From contig JAUXIB010000004.1 of assembly GCA_030621225.1 (NCBI GenBank), positions 1 through 39,826 on the forward strand: 39,826 nucleotides of DNA. The letters run 5' to 3'. The notes beneath the pieces are model-generated. The model did not search any database. It had not been told where the DNA came from and saw only the letters and a list, made by a program, of their open reading frames with translations. This DNA comes from a candidate division FCPU426 bacterium (GTDB lineage Bacteria > Oederibacteriota > JAUXIB01). The number at the start of each line of letters is the position of its first letter. The first letter of the stretch is position 1. Below, in pieces: positions 1 through 8,864 of this stretch. Made by a program: the position numbers and the translations under genes.

Positions 1-7
1 GCAGCGA

Positions 8-342
8 GCGCCACCAGCCGTAGGCTGGTCAGTAGTGGCGTCCCTCTGCGGGCGCCACCAGCCGTAGGCTGGTCAGTAGTGGCGTCCCTCTGCGGGCGCC
101 ACCAGCCGCGGGCTGGTCAGTAGTGGCGTCCCTCTGCGGGCGCCACCAGCCGTAGGCTGGACAGTTAGTAGTGGCGTCCCTCTGTGGGCGCCACCAGCCG
201 CGGGCTGGACAGTCAGTAGTGGCGTCCCTCTGCGGGCGCCACCAGCCGCGGGCTGGACAGTTAGTAGTGGCGTCCCTCTGTGGGCGCCACCAGCCGTAGG
301 CTGGTCAGTAGGCTGGTCAGTAGGCTGGTCAGTGGTCAGTAG
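8..342. repeat. Tandem array of REP-like palindromic units (7 unit starts, 44-48 bp period)
   Basis: Unit GCGCCACCAGCCGTAGGCTGGTCAGTAGTGGCGTCCCTCTGCGG starts at 8, 52, 96, 140, 188, 236 and 284. GTAG precedes the hairpin GTGGCGTCC..GGGCGCCAC; second hairpin CCAGCC-GTA-GGCTGG. No unique spacers. Confidence 0.9.
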
Positions 343-360
343 TTAAGAAAGGAAACAACC

Positions 361-1353
361 ATGAAGAAAATACTAGTAACCGGCGGTGCTGGCTATATAG
401 GCAGCCATACCGTAAGAGAACTACTTGATAACGGGTACGAGGTAGTTGTCTACGATAACCTTGAGTCCGGTCATAAAGAAGCGGTAGCTAAAGCTAAATT
501 GATCGAGGGCGAGCTGGCTGACTCCGGTAAGTTGCAGGCGGCGCTTGAGGGGATAGACGCGGTTGTTCATTTTGCGGCCTATATATATGTAGACGAATCA
601 GTAGCTGAGCCGGCTAAATATTACCGTAATAATTTCAGTAACGGCCTGGTCTTGCTGGAGGCGATGCGGCAGGCAGGGGTGAAGAAAATAGTTTTTTCTT
701 CTACTGCCGCGGTTTATGGTGAGCCAACGGAAATACCGGTAAAGGAAAGCTCTCCCACCCAGCCGATCAATCCATACGGACATTCTAAGTTGATGTTTGA
801 GCAGGCACTGGACTGGTGTTGCCGCGCTTATGAGATGCACGGCATCAGCTTGCGCTATTTCAACGCCAGTGGCGCGCACAAAAGTGGTGAATTGGGGGAC
901 GCTCACCTGGTGCAGGCGCATTTGGGTACCGCGGCGATCAAGGCCGCCTTGGGTGAACTATCGGAACTAAAGATATTTGGCACGGACTGGGATACTGCCG
1001 ATGGTACTTGTACCCGCGATTACATCCACGTCTCCGACCTGGCCCGCGCGCATATTCTGGCCCTGGAAAAGATCGAGGAGGGGGAGCCGCACCGTGTCTA
1101 TAACTTGGGCACCGGTAAAGGGGTATCGGTAAAAGAAGTGCTGGCTGCTACCAAGAAAGTTAGCGGTGCTGATTTCAAGGTAACGGAAACCGGCCGCCGC
1201 GCCGGAGACCCGCAAGCGCTTATTGCCAACGTGGACAAAGCACGCCGGGAGCTGGGCTTTGAGACCACCGAGAGCGACATCGAGCATATCATCGAGACGG
1301 CCCTGCGCTGGCATCAGCGGCATCCGAAGGGATTTAGCGGCGGTAGCTCGTAG
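361..1353 (+). CDS. galE: UDP-glucose 4-epimerase
   Basis: TGGAGYIGSH Rossmann motif, FSSTAAVYG, catalytic YGHSK, LRYFNASGA, DGTCTRDYIHV; RBS AAAGGA upstream. Confidence 0.95.
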   Translation: MKKILVTGGAGYIGSHTVRELLDNGYEVVVYDNLESGHKEAVAKAKLIEGELADSGKLQAALEGIDAVVHFAAYIYVDESVAEPAKYYRNNFSNGLVLLEAMRQAGVKKIVFSSTAAVYGEPTEIPVKESSPTQPINPYGHSKLMFEQALDWCCRAYEMHGISLRYFNASGAHKSGELGDAHLVQAHLGTAAIKAALGELSELKIFGTDWDTADGTCTRDYIHVSDLARAHILALEKIEEGEPHRVYNLGTGKGVSVKEVLAATKKVSGADFKVTETGRRAGDPQALIANVDKARRELGFETTESDIEHIIETALRWHQRHPKGFSGGSS

Positions 1354-1550
1354 CTCGTTGCTTCCCGGGTTAGCTACCCGTGTCCCGTGTCCTGTGTACC
1401 GTGTACTAATTGTTTACGACCTACGACATCCTAAATGCGATATCCATGATAAAGTTTGGCAGGTTTAGAAGGTTAAAGGTTGTTTGCTTAGTAGTGCGTT
1501 TTGCTAAATTCAGAAGCAGAACGAGCTACGAGCTACTAACTGCGAGCTAC
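1343..1550. repeat. Inverted pair of heptamer-based repeats flanking a short degenerate segment
   Basis: GTAGCTCGTAGCTCGTT (1343-1359) is the exact reverse complement of AACGAGCTACGAGCTAC (1520-1536). Internal 7-mer runs such as CCGTGTC/CTGTGTA and TACGACC. Confidence 0.7.
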
Positions 1551-1578
1551 AAGAACGGACGCAACGCCACACACGATA

Positions 1579-2232
1579 ATGGATACACAATACAAAGACT
1601 TAATAGCAATCGCCCGCAAATATTTTAAAGGCGCCCGTGGCAGCCACGGCTGGGATCATGTGGTCAGGGTCTGCGGGCTCTGCGAGGGTATAGGCAAGAA
1701 GGAAGGCGCGGATATGTCTATTCTGATGCCGGCGGCTATTCTCCATGATATCGGCCGTCAGGCCCAGGATGAAGCCAATGGCAAACTGTGTCACGCTGAG
1801 CTGGGCGCGAAGCTGGCTAGGCGCATACTAAACCAATCGAAGATTAGAGAGAGACTTGCCCTGAGTAAGGCCGAAGGCCGCATCGAAGGGGTGGTGGAAT
1901 GCATAAGGACGCACCGCTTTCGGGACAAGAAAGCGCCGGTGAGCATAGAGGCCAAGGTGCTTTTCGATGCGGACAAGATAGATTCCCTGGGTGCGGTGGG
2001 CGTGGGCCGGGCCTTTCTTTTTGCCGGCGAGGTCGGCGCGCGCCTGGTGAACAGTGATAAGCTTAAAGACACACGTTCTTATTCACGGGAAGATACCGCT
2101 TATCGGGAATATATGGTAAAACTCCGCAAACTTCCGGCAAGGATACGCACCAAGACCGGGAAAGCCATCGCCCGTCATCGGGCCAAAGTAATGCGGCAGT
2201 TCTTTAAGGAGTTTATGCAGGAAACGAGATGA
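1579..2232 (+). CDS. HD-domain metal-dependent phosphohydrolase
   Basis: SHGWDHVVRV, AAILHDIGR, HAELGA, THRFR, DADKIDSLGAVG motifs. Confidence 0.9.
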   Translation: MDTQYKDLIAIARKYFKGARGSHGWDHVVRVCGLCEGIGKKEGADMSILMPAAILHDIGRQAQDEANGKLCHAELGAKLARRILNQSKIRERLALSKAEGRIEGVVECIRTHRFRDKKAPVSIEAKVLFDADKIDSLGAVGVGRAFLFAGEVGARLVNSDKLKDTRSYSREDTAYREYMVKLRKLPARIRTKTGKAIARHRAKVMRQFFKEFMQETR

Positions 2233-2243
2233 TTTAACCGTTC

Positions 2244-2337
2244 TTCACACCCGGTGTGCATGTCGTTGGCTCACCGGGTGTGAAGAGGTTGCGGTAATAA
2301 GAAGCCACGCTGTACAAGTTTTAGCAACCCCAGAGGT
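2244..2337. repeat. Intergenic repeat block A, short copy (CACACCCGGTG..CACCGGGTGTG hairpin)
   Basis: Same block recurs at 2961-3143 and 5464-5640. Confidence 0.85.
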
Positions 2338-2430
2338 GTGGGACACTTCGAATGTGACAACGTGCTGGTGATATGATACACTTTAATTGGTGGTTACTTC
2401 ACAAGATCTGTCGTACATAGGACATAACAA

Positions 2431-2724
2431 ATGAGATTCGAGTGGGACAGGAAGAAGACAGATTCCAATATAAGAAAGCATGGTATTTCATTCGAACAGG
2501 CGGCATTTATTTTCGCGGATAAAAATTCTTTGTCGCTATATGATAAGGAGCGTTCCCGAGAAGAAGAGAGATGGATTACTATGGGCCTATCTCCCAAAGC
2601 CGGAATAATTGTGGTCGCGCATACGTATAGAAAAAAGGACAAGCAAGAGTTTGTAAGGATAATCTCCGCGCGCAAAGCTACTAAAAAGGAGATCAACCAG
2701 TATCGCGGTAAGAAAAAGGGATGA
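2431..2724 (+). CDS. BrnT-family (DUF497) ribonuclease toxin
   Basis: MRFEWD..K..SNIRKHGISFEQAA, EERWITMG, VRIISARKAT signature. Confidence 0.9.
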   Translation: MRFEWDRKKTDSNIRKHGISFEQAAFIFADKNSLSLYDKERSREEERWITMGLSPKAGIIVVAHTYRKKDKQEFVRIISARKATKKEINQYRGKKKG

Positions 2725-2728
2725 GAAA

Positions 2729-2938
2729 ATGAAAAAAGAATATGATTTCTCGAAAGCAACGAGGGGCAGGTTCTATCAAGCAATAGGAAACTTGGAGCTG
2801 CCGGTCTATCTTGATAAAAAGATTGGCAAGTTCTATGCGGAGGTCGCAATTAGGCGGAAGACCGAGCTCAGAAAGGTCGTTAATATCATTCTGAAAAAAG
2901 AAATGAAAAGCCAAGAGGAGATCGGCGTTAAAAAGTGA
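2729..2938 (+). CDS. BrnA-like antitoxin
   Basis: MKKEYDFSKA..G.FY N-terminus typical of BrnT partners; starts 4 nt after the toxin. Confidence 0.75.
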   Translation: MKKEYDFSKATRGRFYQAIGNLELPVYLDKKIGKFYAEVAIRRKTELRKVVNIILKKEMKSQEEIGVKK

Positions 2939-2960
2939 CCATTGTGCTAGGTTAAGGGGG

Positions 2961-3143
2961 CACACCCGGTGTGCAGGTCGTTGGCTCACCGGGTGTGGGA
3001 AGGTTGCGGTAATAAGAAGCCACGCTATAAGAATTCTCTGGCTAACGCCCGTGTCTTCTTGTCCCGATTAGGTTTGGGTATTTTGGCTTGCGGGATAACG
3101 CTGTACGCTCTACGCTATACAAGTTTTGGCACCCCCAGAGGTT
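2961..3143. repeat. Intergenic repeat block A, long copy
   Basis: Near-identical to 5464-5640 over about 180 bp. Confidence 0.9.
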
Positions 3144-3168
3144 GCCGGGGTTTTAATAAGGAGGGGGT

Positions 3169-4092
3169 ATGAAACGTTTTTTCGCGGCGATTTTGGTCTT
3201 CTCTCTTTCCATATGTATGCTTTCTGCTGATCCGTGGCCCACAAGCGCTACCATTGGAATAGGTTCGCACGCTCCATACAGCATATATTTTAATGGCACG
3301 CTCGTTGTGGAGATGCTGCGTGAAGGTACGGGAGAAAGCACTACTCACAAACATCCGGTTCCCCTGGAACTATTGGCAGAGGGAAAGAACGTTCTTTGCA
3401 TTAAGACAGCGAACAAAAAAGGGGCGGTCGGGGATTACCAGTTGGTTTCCTATGTGTTTATATTGAATCTTGATTCCGATAAGAGAAAAGTGGTACACGT
3501 CGATGGCGCCGGGAAGATCATGACGCTATATACGGATGGTAGCCGCGAGCCGGCCCCGGACCAGCAGGGGAGGAAATGGAACGAGCTCTCTTTTGTGCCA
3601 TTAGGGAAAGCCGGCTGGGCGGAGCCGAAATTCAAACATGCTACTGGTGGTCTGGGGGTGCATTCAGTAATGTTGGGGCGCACGCGCGTACCGTTTGTTA
3701 TGGTTGCCGAGAAGGGAAAACTGAAGACCAAGACGGATAGCTACTATTATCGCCATACATTCGATCTGCGTGAAGTACCTGCAAATCTGCCGGAATATAG
3801 TTCGAGCAGGCGGAGACAAAAGACGCCAACCCGTTCGCACAGTAATCAGTTGATCCAGCAGGCCGCGAGTATGAAAACACGGGAAGATGTCACTGCCTAC
3901 GTGAGGAAACTCAAAGCCGCCACGGGCGGCGACCCCGAGAATCTGAAACTGTATGAGTTTCTTGGTTATTATTATTTGTACCTCGGCGATAAGAAAAGCG
4001 CGCGGGAAGCTTACGTGAGATACCTGAAACACGACCCGGGGAATAAGGAAATAGAGAAGCTGCTCAATGGTGATTCGTTACGTGTGGAATGA
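3169..4092 (+). CDS. Secreted protein: beta-rich (galactose-binding-like?) domain plus C-terminal TPR; paralog of 31375..32229
   Basis: Signal peptide MKRFFAAILVFSLSICMLSA; strong RBS AAGGAGG; C-terminal YEFLGYYYLYLGDKKSAREAYVRYLKHDP TPR pattern. Confidence 0.7.
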   Translation: MKRFFAAILVFSLSICMLSADPWPTSATIGIGSHAPYSIYFNGTLVVEMLREGTGESTTHKHPVPLELLAEGKNVLCIKTANKKGAVGDYQLVSYVFILNLDSDKRKVVHVDGAGKIMTLYTDGSREPAPDQQGRKWNELSFVPLGKAGWAEPKFKHATGGLGVHSVMLGRTRVPFVMVAEKGKLKTKTDSYYYRHTFDLREVPANLPEYSSSRRRQKTPTRSHSNQLIQQAASMKTREDVTAYVRKLKAATGGDPENLKLYEFLGYYYLYLGDKKSAREAYVRYLKHDPGNKEIEKLLNGDSLRVE

Positions 4093-4100
4093 GTTGCGTT

Positions 4101-4130
4101 TAACCTCTGGGTTGTCAACCCCAGAGGTTA
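4101..4130. repeat. REP-like palindrome AACCTCTGGGG..CCCCAGAGGTT (family B)
   Basis: Copies at 4101-4130, 5418-5447, 36021-36058 and 36721-36749; half copies at the ends of block A. Confidence 0.85.
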
Positions 4131-4159
4131 CGGGAACCGCCAGGGCAGGTGAAAGCCGC

Positions 4160-4199
4160 TTGACAAGTTATTATCGTTATAGTATGATATCGATAATAA
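4160..4199 (+). promoter_or_regulatory. Sigma70 promoter of fic with overlapping inverted-repeat operator
   Basis: TTGACA(4160)-17 nt-TATGAT(4183). TTATTATCGTTAT..ATATCGATAATAA 13-bp inverted repeat (1 mismatch) overlaps it. Confidence 0.75.
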
Positions 4200-4236
4200 G
4201 GCAAGCGGCTGTTTTCGTTGCTAAAAAGAGAAGAAA

Positions 4237-5388
4237 ATGATGATACAAAGGAGAAAACCTTCTGGACAGAAAAAGCGGTGCCAGGGCGGCTACCTGGCCT
4301 TCATCCCCGACCCCTTGCCGCCGGTGCTGGAGTGGTCGCGGCGCCTGACGCGTGTCCTTTCGGACGCCGACCGCTTGGTCGGCCGGTTGGCGGGCGAGGG
4401 AAGGCGTCTGCCCAATCCACATTTACTGATGCGCCCCTTCCTGCGGCGGGAGGCGGTCCTCTCCAGTCGCATCGAGGGAACGCAGGCCACGCTGGGAGAA
4501 CTGCTGGCTGCGGAGGCGGGCGCCTCGGTGGAAAGAAGCGGCGCGGACCTGCGCGAGGTAGGCAACTATGTTGCCGCTCTGGAATACGGTATCAAGCGGC
4601 TCAAGACGTTACCGCTCTCGCTGCGGCTGGTAAGAGAGCTCCATAGGAAACTGATGAAGGGCGTGAGGGGAGGGGTTGTGACGCCGGGAGAGTTTCGCCG
4701 CACTCAGAACTGGATTGGGGAGCAAGGCTGCACGCTGGAAAATGCTTCCTATGTCCCGCCGCCGCCGGATGAACTGATCTGTTGTCTGGGCGACTGGGAA
4801 AAATTTCTGCATGACAGGACGCTGCCGCCGTTGGTGCAGATAGCGCTGGCCCACTATCAATTTGAGGCGATACATCCTTTTCTGGACGGGAATGGACGCG
4901 TAGGGCGGTTGTTGGTGACTCTTTTCCTGGTCGAAAGGGACATTCTGCCAACTCCGCTCTTATACCTCAGCGCTTTTTTTGAGGCCACACGACGGGAATA
5001 CTACGAACGACTGGGCGGGGTGAGCAGTCGAGGAGAATGGTTGCCTTGGCTGGAATATTTTCTCAATGGGGTGGCACGCCAATCGGAGGATGCGTTACAG
5101 CGGGCGGAGCAGATCAATAAACTACTGCTGGCGTGGCGGCAGGCCGCGGTCGGCTTGAGATCGCGAACGCCGGCACTTCTGCTGGATATGGTGGCGGCGA
5201 ACCCGTTCCTGACCGTTAAAAATGCCGCCGAGAAGATCGGTATCGCCTTCACCACGGCGCAAAGGGCGATGCGGAAGTTGGAAAAGCTATCTATCCTGCG
5301 CGAGGTGAGCGAGGCGAAACGTGGCCGCATCTATTGCGCACGGCAGATCCTGGAGATCCTGGAGCGTCCGGCGCGGTTGTCACCTTAG
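4237..5388 (+). CDS. Fic/DOC family protein with C-terminal HTH
   Basis: HPFLDGNGRVGR catalytic motif, EAVLSSRIEG inhibitory motif, PGEFRRTQNWIG, C-terminal wHTH. Confidence 0.93.
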   Translation: MMIQRRKPSGQKKRCQGGYLAFIPDPLPPVLEWSRRLTRVLSDADRLVGRLAGEGRRLPNPHLLMRPFLRREAVLSSRIEGTQATLGELLAAEAGASVERSGADLREVGNYVAALEYGIKRLKTLPLSLRLVRELHRKLMKGVRGGVVTPGEFRRTQNWIGEQGCTLENASYVPPPPDELICCLGDWEKFLHDRTLPPLVQIALAHYQFEAIHPFLDGNGRVGRLLVTLFLVERDILPTPLLYLSAFFEATRREYYERLGGVSSRGEWLPWLEYFLNGVARQSEDALQRAEQINKLLLAWRQAAVGLRSRTPALLLDMVAANPFLTVKNAAEKIGIAFTTAQRAMRKLEKLSILREVSEAKRGRIYCARQILEILERPARLSP

Positions 5389-5463
5389 GCGGCGATGTGT
5401 TTTTGTGTGATGACGTTTAACCTCTGGGGTGTCAACCCCAGAGGTTATGGAAAGTCTCTCTGT

Positions 5464-5640
5464 CACACCCGGTGTGCATGTCGTTGGCTCACCGGGTGTG
5501 AAAAGGTTGCGGTAATAAGAAGCTACGCTATAAGAATTCTCTGGCTAACGCCCGTGTCTTCTTGTCCCGATTAGGTTTGGGTATTTTGGCTTGCGGGATA
5601 ACGCTGTACGCTCTACAAGTTTTGGCACCCCCCAGAGGTT
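5464..5640. repeat. Intergenic repeat block A, third copy
   Basis: Matches 2961-3143. Confidence 0.9.
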
Positions 5641-5650
5641 TACGGGGACG

Positions 5651-5956
5651 TTATTGCCTGGGTTGAACCTTGACCGAGAGTTTTAAACCAAAAGAGGTGA
5701 GTATTTTATCCAAGCTTTTCAACTCCGGATTTCCTTTGCCTGAAAATACTTTGTAGAGGCCGGCTCGCGAACAGCCAACTTCCCTTGAAAGGCGAGAGAT
5801 TCCTCCCTGTGCCTGGGCTACTTTACGTAATGCTTTGCAAAATATCCGGTAATCGCCGTCTTCCCAAATCGCTTCCAGGTAAGCTGCCGCCTCCTTGGGA
5901 TCCTTGAGTGATTCCAAAAGCCATTCGTTATAATCGCCGGACCTAACCATTTTCAT
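5651..5956 (-). CDS. Addiction-module antidote (HTH antitoxin)
   Basis: LKDPKEAAAYL..ALRKVAQAQGGISRLSREVG.SR.GLYK..S.KGNP signature. Confidence 0.9.
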   Translation of the reverse strand: MKMVRSGDYNEWLLESLKDPKEAAAYLEAIWEDGDYRIFCKALRKVAQAQGGISRLSREVGCSRAGLYKVFSGKGNPELKSLDKILTSFGLKLSVKVQPRQ

Positions 5957-6287
5957 TCCCCCTTTTTTGGTAATCTTTCCAATACTGTATCGCTAATTTT
6001 ATGTCTTTGTTTTGGCTTCCCTTCGTTCCGCCACATAGAAGTAAAACTATAATCCGATCGATGTTGCTAAAGTACACGCGATAGCCAGCCCCGTAATGGA
6101 TCCTTAATTCATAAACCCCCTCACCAACAGACTTCGCGTCACCAAAATTGCCCCGCTCGACTCGTTCCAATCTTCCCTTTATCTTGGCTCGTCCCTTGTG
6201 GTCGCTAAGTGTCTCCAGCCATTCCGGGAAGGGACTGCGACCACCCTTGGTCTTGTAGTATCTGATATGTTTTTGTTGCTCTCTCAT
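5943..6287 (-). CDS. Addiction-module killer (RelE/ParE-like toxin)
   Basis: SPF.EWL..L.D, GNFGDAKSVGEGVYELRIHYGAGYRVYF, LLLCGGTK..Q.KDI. ATG at 6287 preferred over the GTG at 6299. Confidence 0.9.
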   Translation of the reverse strand: MREQQKHIRYYKTKGGRSPFPEWLETLSDHKGRAKIKGRLERVERGNFGDAKSVGEGVYELRIHYGAGYRVYFSNIDRIIVLLLCGGTKGSQNKDIKLAIQYWKDYQKRGNENG

Positions 6288-6290
6288 ACT

Positions 6291-6319
6291 AGTGTACACT
6301 ATAGTTTACATATCGTCAA
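6291..6319 (-). promoter_or_regulatory. TA promoter with palindromic operator
   Basis: Minus strand TTGACG-17 nt-TACACT; near-palindrome TGTAAACTATAGTGTACA overlaps it. Confidence 0.65.
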
Positions 6320-6426
6320 GGGCCACGGGGGTTTTTCTTTGTGGCTTCATACAATTATATTAGCATTCACCCCTGACAAAAATGGGTAAGCGCGGTAAAA
6401 TAGTTTGAGTATTTAAAGTGACCCCC

Positions 6427-6529
6427 CCCATTTTTGTCAGGGGGCGATGTTAACATGGTATTGGGGGCTCCGGACGCCGGAGGCGTCCCCGTGGTTCCCT
6501 ACCGTCGGATATTATGAGAGGGAATCACC
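6427..6529 (+). repeat. Repeat block C: CCCATTTTTGTCAGGGGG, extended -10-like TGnTAAyAT, then a double-hairpin segment
   Basis: Copies at 6427-6529, 8521-8612, 12918-13010 and inverted at 32299-32400. The 17-bp head is also present as a perfect inverted copy at 6370-6386. Confidence 0.9.
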
Positions 6530-6686
6530 GTACGTGCCGTGCATGTCCTTCATAGCTGGCGTTTTCGTCGGTTGAAGTAATGCAGAAGAAAACGCTAACG
6601 AAGAAGGACGAAACACAAACAAGGGGGAATGAGGGACGGGGCGTAGTTGATCAGGCAACTCATCAAGAAAAAGAATAGCAGAAATT

Positions 6687-8159
6687 ATGAAATCAATTTC
6701 CAAGTCAAAATATATCTCCGGGCTTAAGTGCCCCAAGCTGCTCTGGTACCTATACAACGCCAAGGATGAAATCCCTGCTTTCGACGCGGCGACCGAGGCC
6801 AGGTTCGCTGGCGGCCATGAAATAGGCGAATGGGCGAAGAAGCTCTACCCAGGCGGCATTGAGGTGGCCTACGATCCTGATAGTTACGAGGCGATGATCA
6901 AGCAGACGAAAGAGCTCTTGCCCCAGCGGATACCAATATTCGAGGCGACACTTGAGCATCGGGGCGCCTTCGCCCGGGCGGACGTACTTGTCCCGGTGGG
7001 CGAGGATCAGTGGGATATGATAGAGGTGAAGTCCTCTACCAAGGTGAAAGACTATCACTATGACGATATGGCGGTGCAGGCATATATCTTCAAGGGCGAA
7101 GGGCTGAAGATAAGGAAGTGCATGTTAGCGTGTGTGAATAATCAATACGTGCGTCAGGGTGATATCGATCCGGCACAACTGCTCAAGCAAGAAGAGCTGA
7201 CCGAGGCGGTTGAGGAGAAGCTTGCCGGGGTTGCGGATAAGCTCAAAGAAATGCAGGAGATCATCAAGCTGAAGAAGTGCCCGGACACTAAGATCGGCAA
7301 ACACTGCGATATGTTTCATAGCTGCCAGATGGAAGAGGTCTGCTGGGGCTTTCTGCCCAAGCATAATGTCTTTACCCTGCGGAGCATCGGGGCAAAAGCA
7401 TACGAGCTCTTTGAGCAGGGGGTGCTGGATGTCGCTGATATTCCCGAGGAATTCTCGCTTAGCGATAAGCAGCAGATCCAGTTAGCAGCGATACGCAGCG
7501 GCCAGGCCCAGGTGGACAAGCTGGGATTACAGGAGTTCTTGGGGCAGCTAAAATATCCGCTCTATTTTTTGGATTTTGAAACGGTCTGGCCGCCGCTGCC
7601 GCTGTTCGATGGGGTTCGTCCCTACCAGCAGATCCCTTTTCAGTTCTCGTTGCATGTCCGTGAGAGCGAGGGCGCTGAGCTTCGACATCATTCCTATCTG
7701 GCAGAGGGCGGGGACGATCCAAGACAGGAACTGGCTGAGAAGCTGAAACCGCTGATGGGGGATAAGGGTTCTGTACTCGCGTTCAACGCCCGGTTTGAAT
7801 GCTCCCGCTTGCAGGAACTGGGTGAAGCTTATCCCGAATACGCGGCCTGGGTGGAAACGATCCTGGCCCGGGTGGTGGATTTGATCGTGCCCTTTAGAAA
7901 ATTTCATTATTATCACGCTTGCCAACTTGGTTATGCTTCGCTCAAGAATATTCTGCCCGCTTTCGATAAAAAAGCTTACCAGGATATGGCTATTGCTGAT
8001 GGTGGTACCGCTAGTAGTGAGTACGCTCGTGTGACGTATGGTGATGATGTTGCTCAGGAAGACCGTGCCAAGGTTCGCGAAGATTTGGAGGCCTACTGCG
8101 CACTTGATACGTTGGCTATGGTACGACTGCTGGATGGTTTGCAGGAACTTGTAAAGTAG
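6687..8159 (+). CDS. DUF2779-type RecB/Cas4-like nuclease with RNase H-like C-terminal domain
   Basis: ISKSKY..GLKCPKLLW; ARADVL..IEVKSST (PD-(D/E)xK); C..C..C cluster; YFLDFET..PYQQIPFQFSLH; YCALDTLAM. Confidence 0.85.
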   Translation: MKSISKSKYISGLKCPKLLWYLYNAKDEIPAFDAATEARFAGGHEIGEWAKKLYPGGIEVAYDPDSYEAMIKQTKELLPQRIPIFEATLEHRGAFARADVLVPVGEDQWDMIEVKSSTKVKDYHYDDMAVQAYIFKGEGLKIRKCMLACVNNQYVRQGDIDPAQLLKQEELTEAVEEKLAGVADKLKEMQEIIKLKKCPDTKIGKHCDMFHSCQMEEVCWGFLPKHNVFTLRSIGAKAYELFEQGVLDVADIPEEFSLSDKQQIQLAAIRSGQAQVDKLGLQEFLGQLKYPLYFLDFETVWPPLPLFDGVRPYQQIPFQFSLHVRESEGAELRHHSYLAEGGDDPRQELAEKLKPLMGDKGSVLAFNARFECSRLQELGEAYPEYAAWVETILARVVDLIVPFRKFHYYHACQLGYASLKNILPAFDKKAYQDMAIADGGTASSEYARVTYGDDVAQEDRAKVREDLEAYCALDTLAMVRLLDGLQELVK

Positions 8160-8250
8160 CTGCCCTTCTTTTTTCTCCAAAAGTGCCATGTTTTGACTGT
8201 TCTGCTGATGCAAGTATTCCAGACGTAGGGGCGGCTCGCGAGCCGCCTAA

Positions 8251-8864
8251 GGGTATGATGACGAACCAAGCGGTGGAAAATATTACCGTAGGGGAGGGGC
8301 GGAGTTTACCCGACATAGCCTTGGCGACGGCGGGCGCCCTCCCCCATGCCTCGAAGAGGCATGGCCAAGAGGGGGTGATTCGCTAGGAACAGATTGCCTG
8401 CTAGTAGGGCCGTGGGCTAGGATGAGGGCGAAGATGGGAGTTGTCCATTTTTGCCTGCCCTGCGAAGCGCGCGCTTTCATCGACTGAAGTAATGAACGGG
8501 AAAGCGTGAACGAAGAAGGGTCAGGGGGCGATGTTAATATGTTATTAGGGCTCCGGACGCCGGAGGCGTCCCCGTGGTTCCCTACCGTCGGATATTATGG
8601 GAGGGAATCACCAGTAGGGGCCGCACAAAACACAAACAAGGGGTGAGGTTACGTGTCGCGGGGGAGGCATGTCTTTTTTTTGTCTAATTTTTCTTGAAGA
8701 TGTAGTTTATATCTGGCACAATTGCTTTAACAATTGAGGGGCGGTAGGGGGAGCGAGGGCCTTTTCGCTTACCAATATCTGTGGGTGCGGTCTTGGCGTA
8801 AATGTCAAATATCACTTGTCCATCGTAGTCTAGCCGAAGACGGAAGACCTGGCCCCGTCATCTT
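8251..8864. repeat. About 600-bp mosaic intergenic block duplicated at 12737-13324
   Basis: Shared GGTATGATGACG..AAAATATTACCGTAGGGGAGGG, CCATGCCTCGAAGAGGCATGG, block C and ..AATGTCAAAT..AGACCTGGCCCCGTCATCTT; copies differ by small inserts. Confidence 0.9.

Noticed and set aside
8-342. CRISPR array
   Set aside because: Units are contiguous and near-identical with no unique spacers; no cas operon (the Cas4-like nucleases are DUF2779/TM0106 types).
8714-8726. Sigma54 promoter TGGCAC..TTGC (also at about 13175)
   Set aside because: Only 2 nt separate TGGCAC and TTGC instead of the required spacing.
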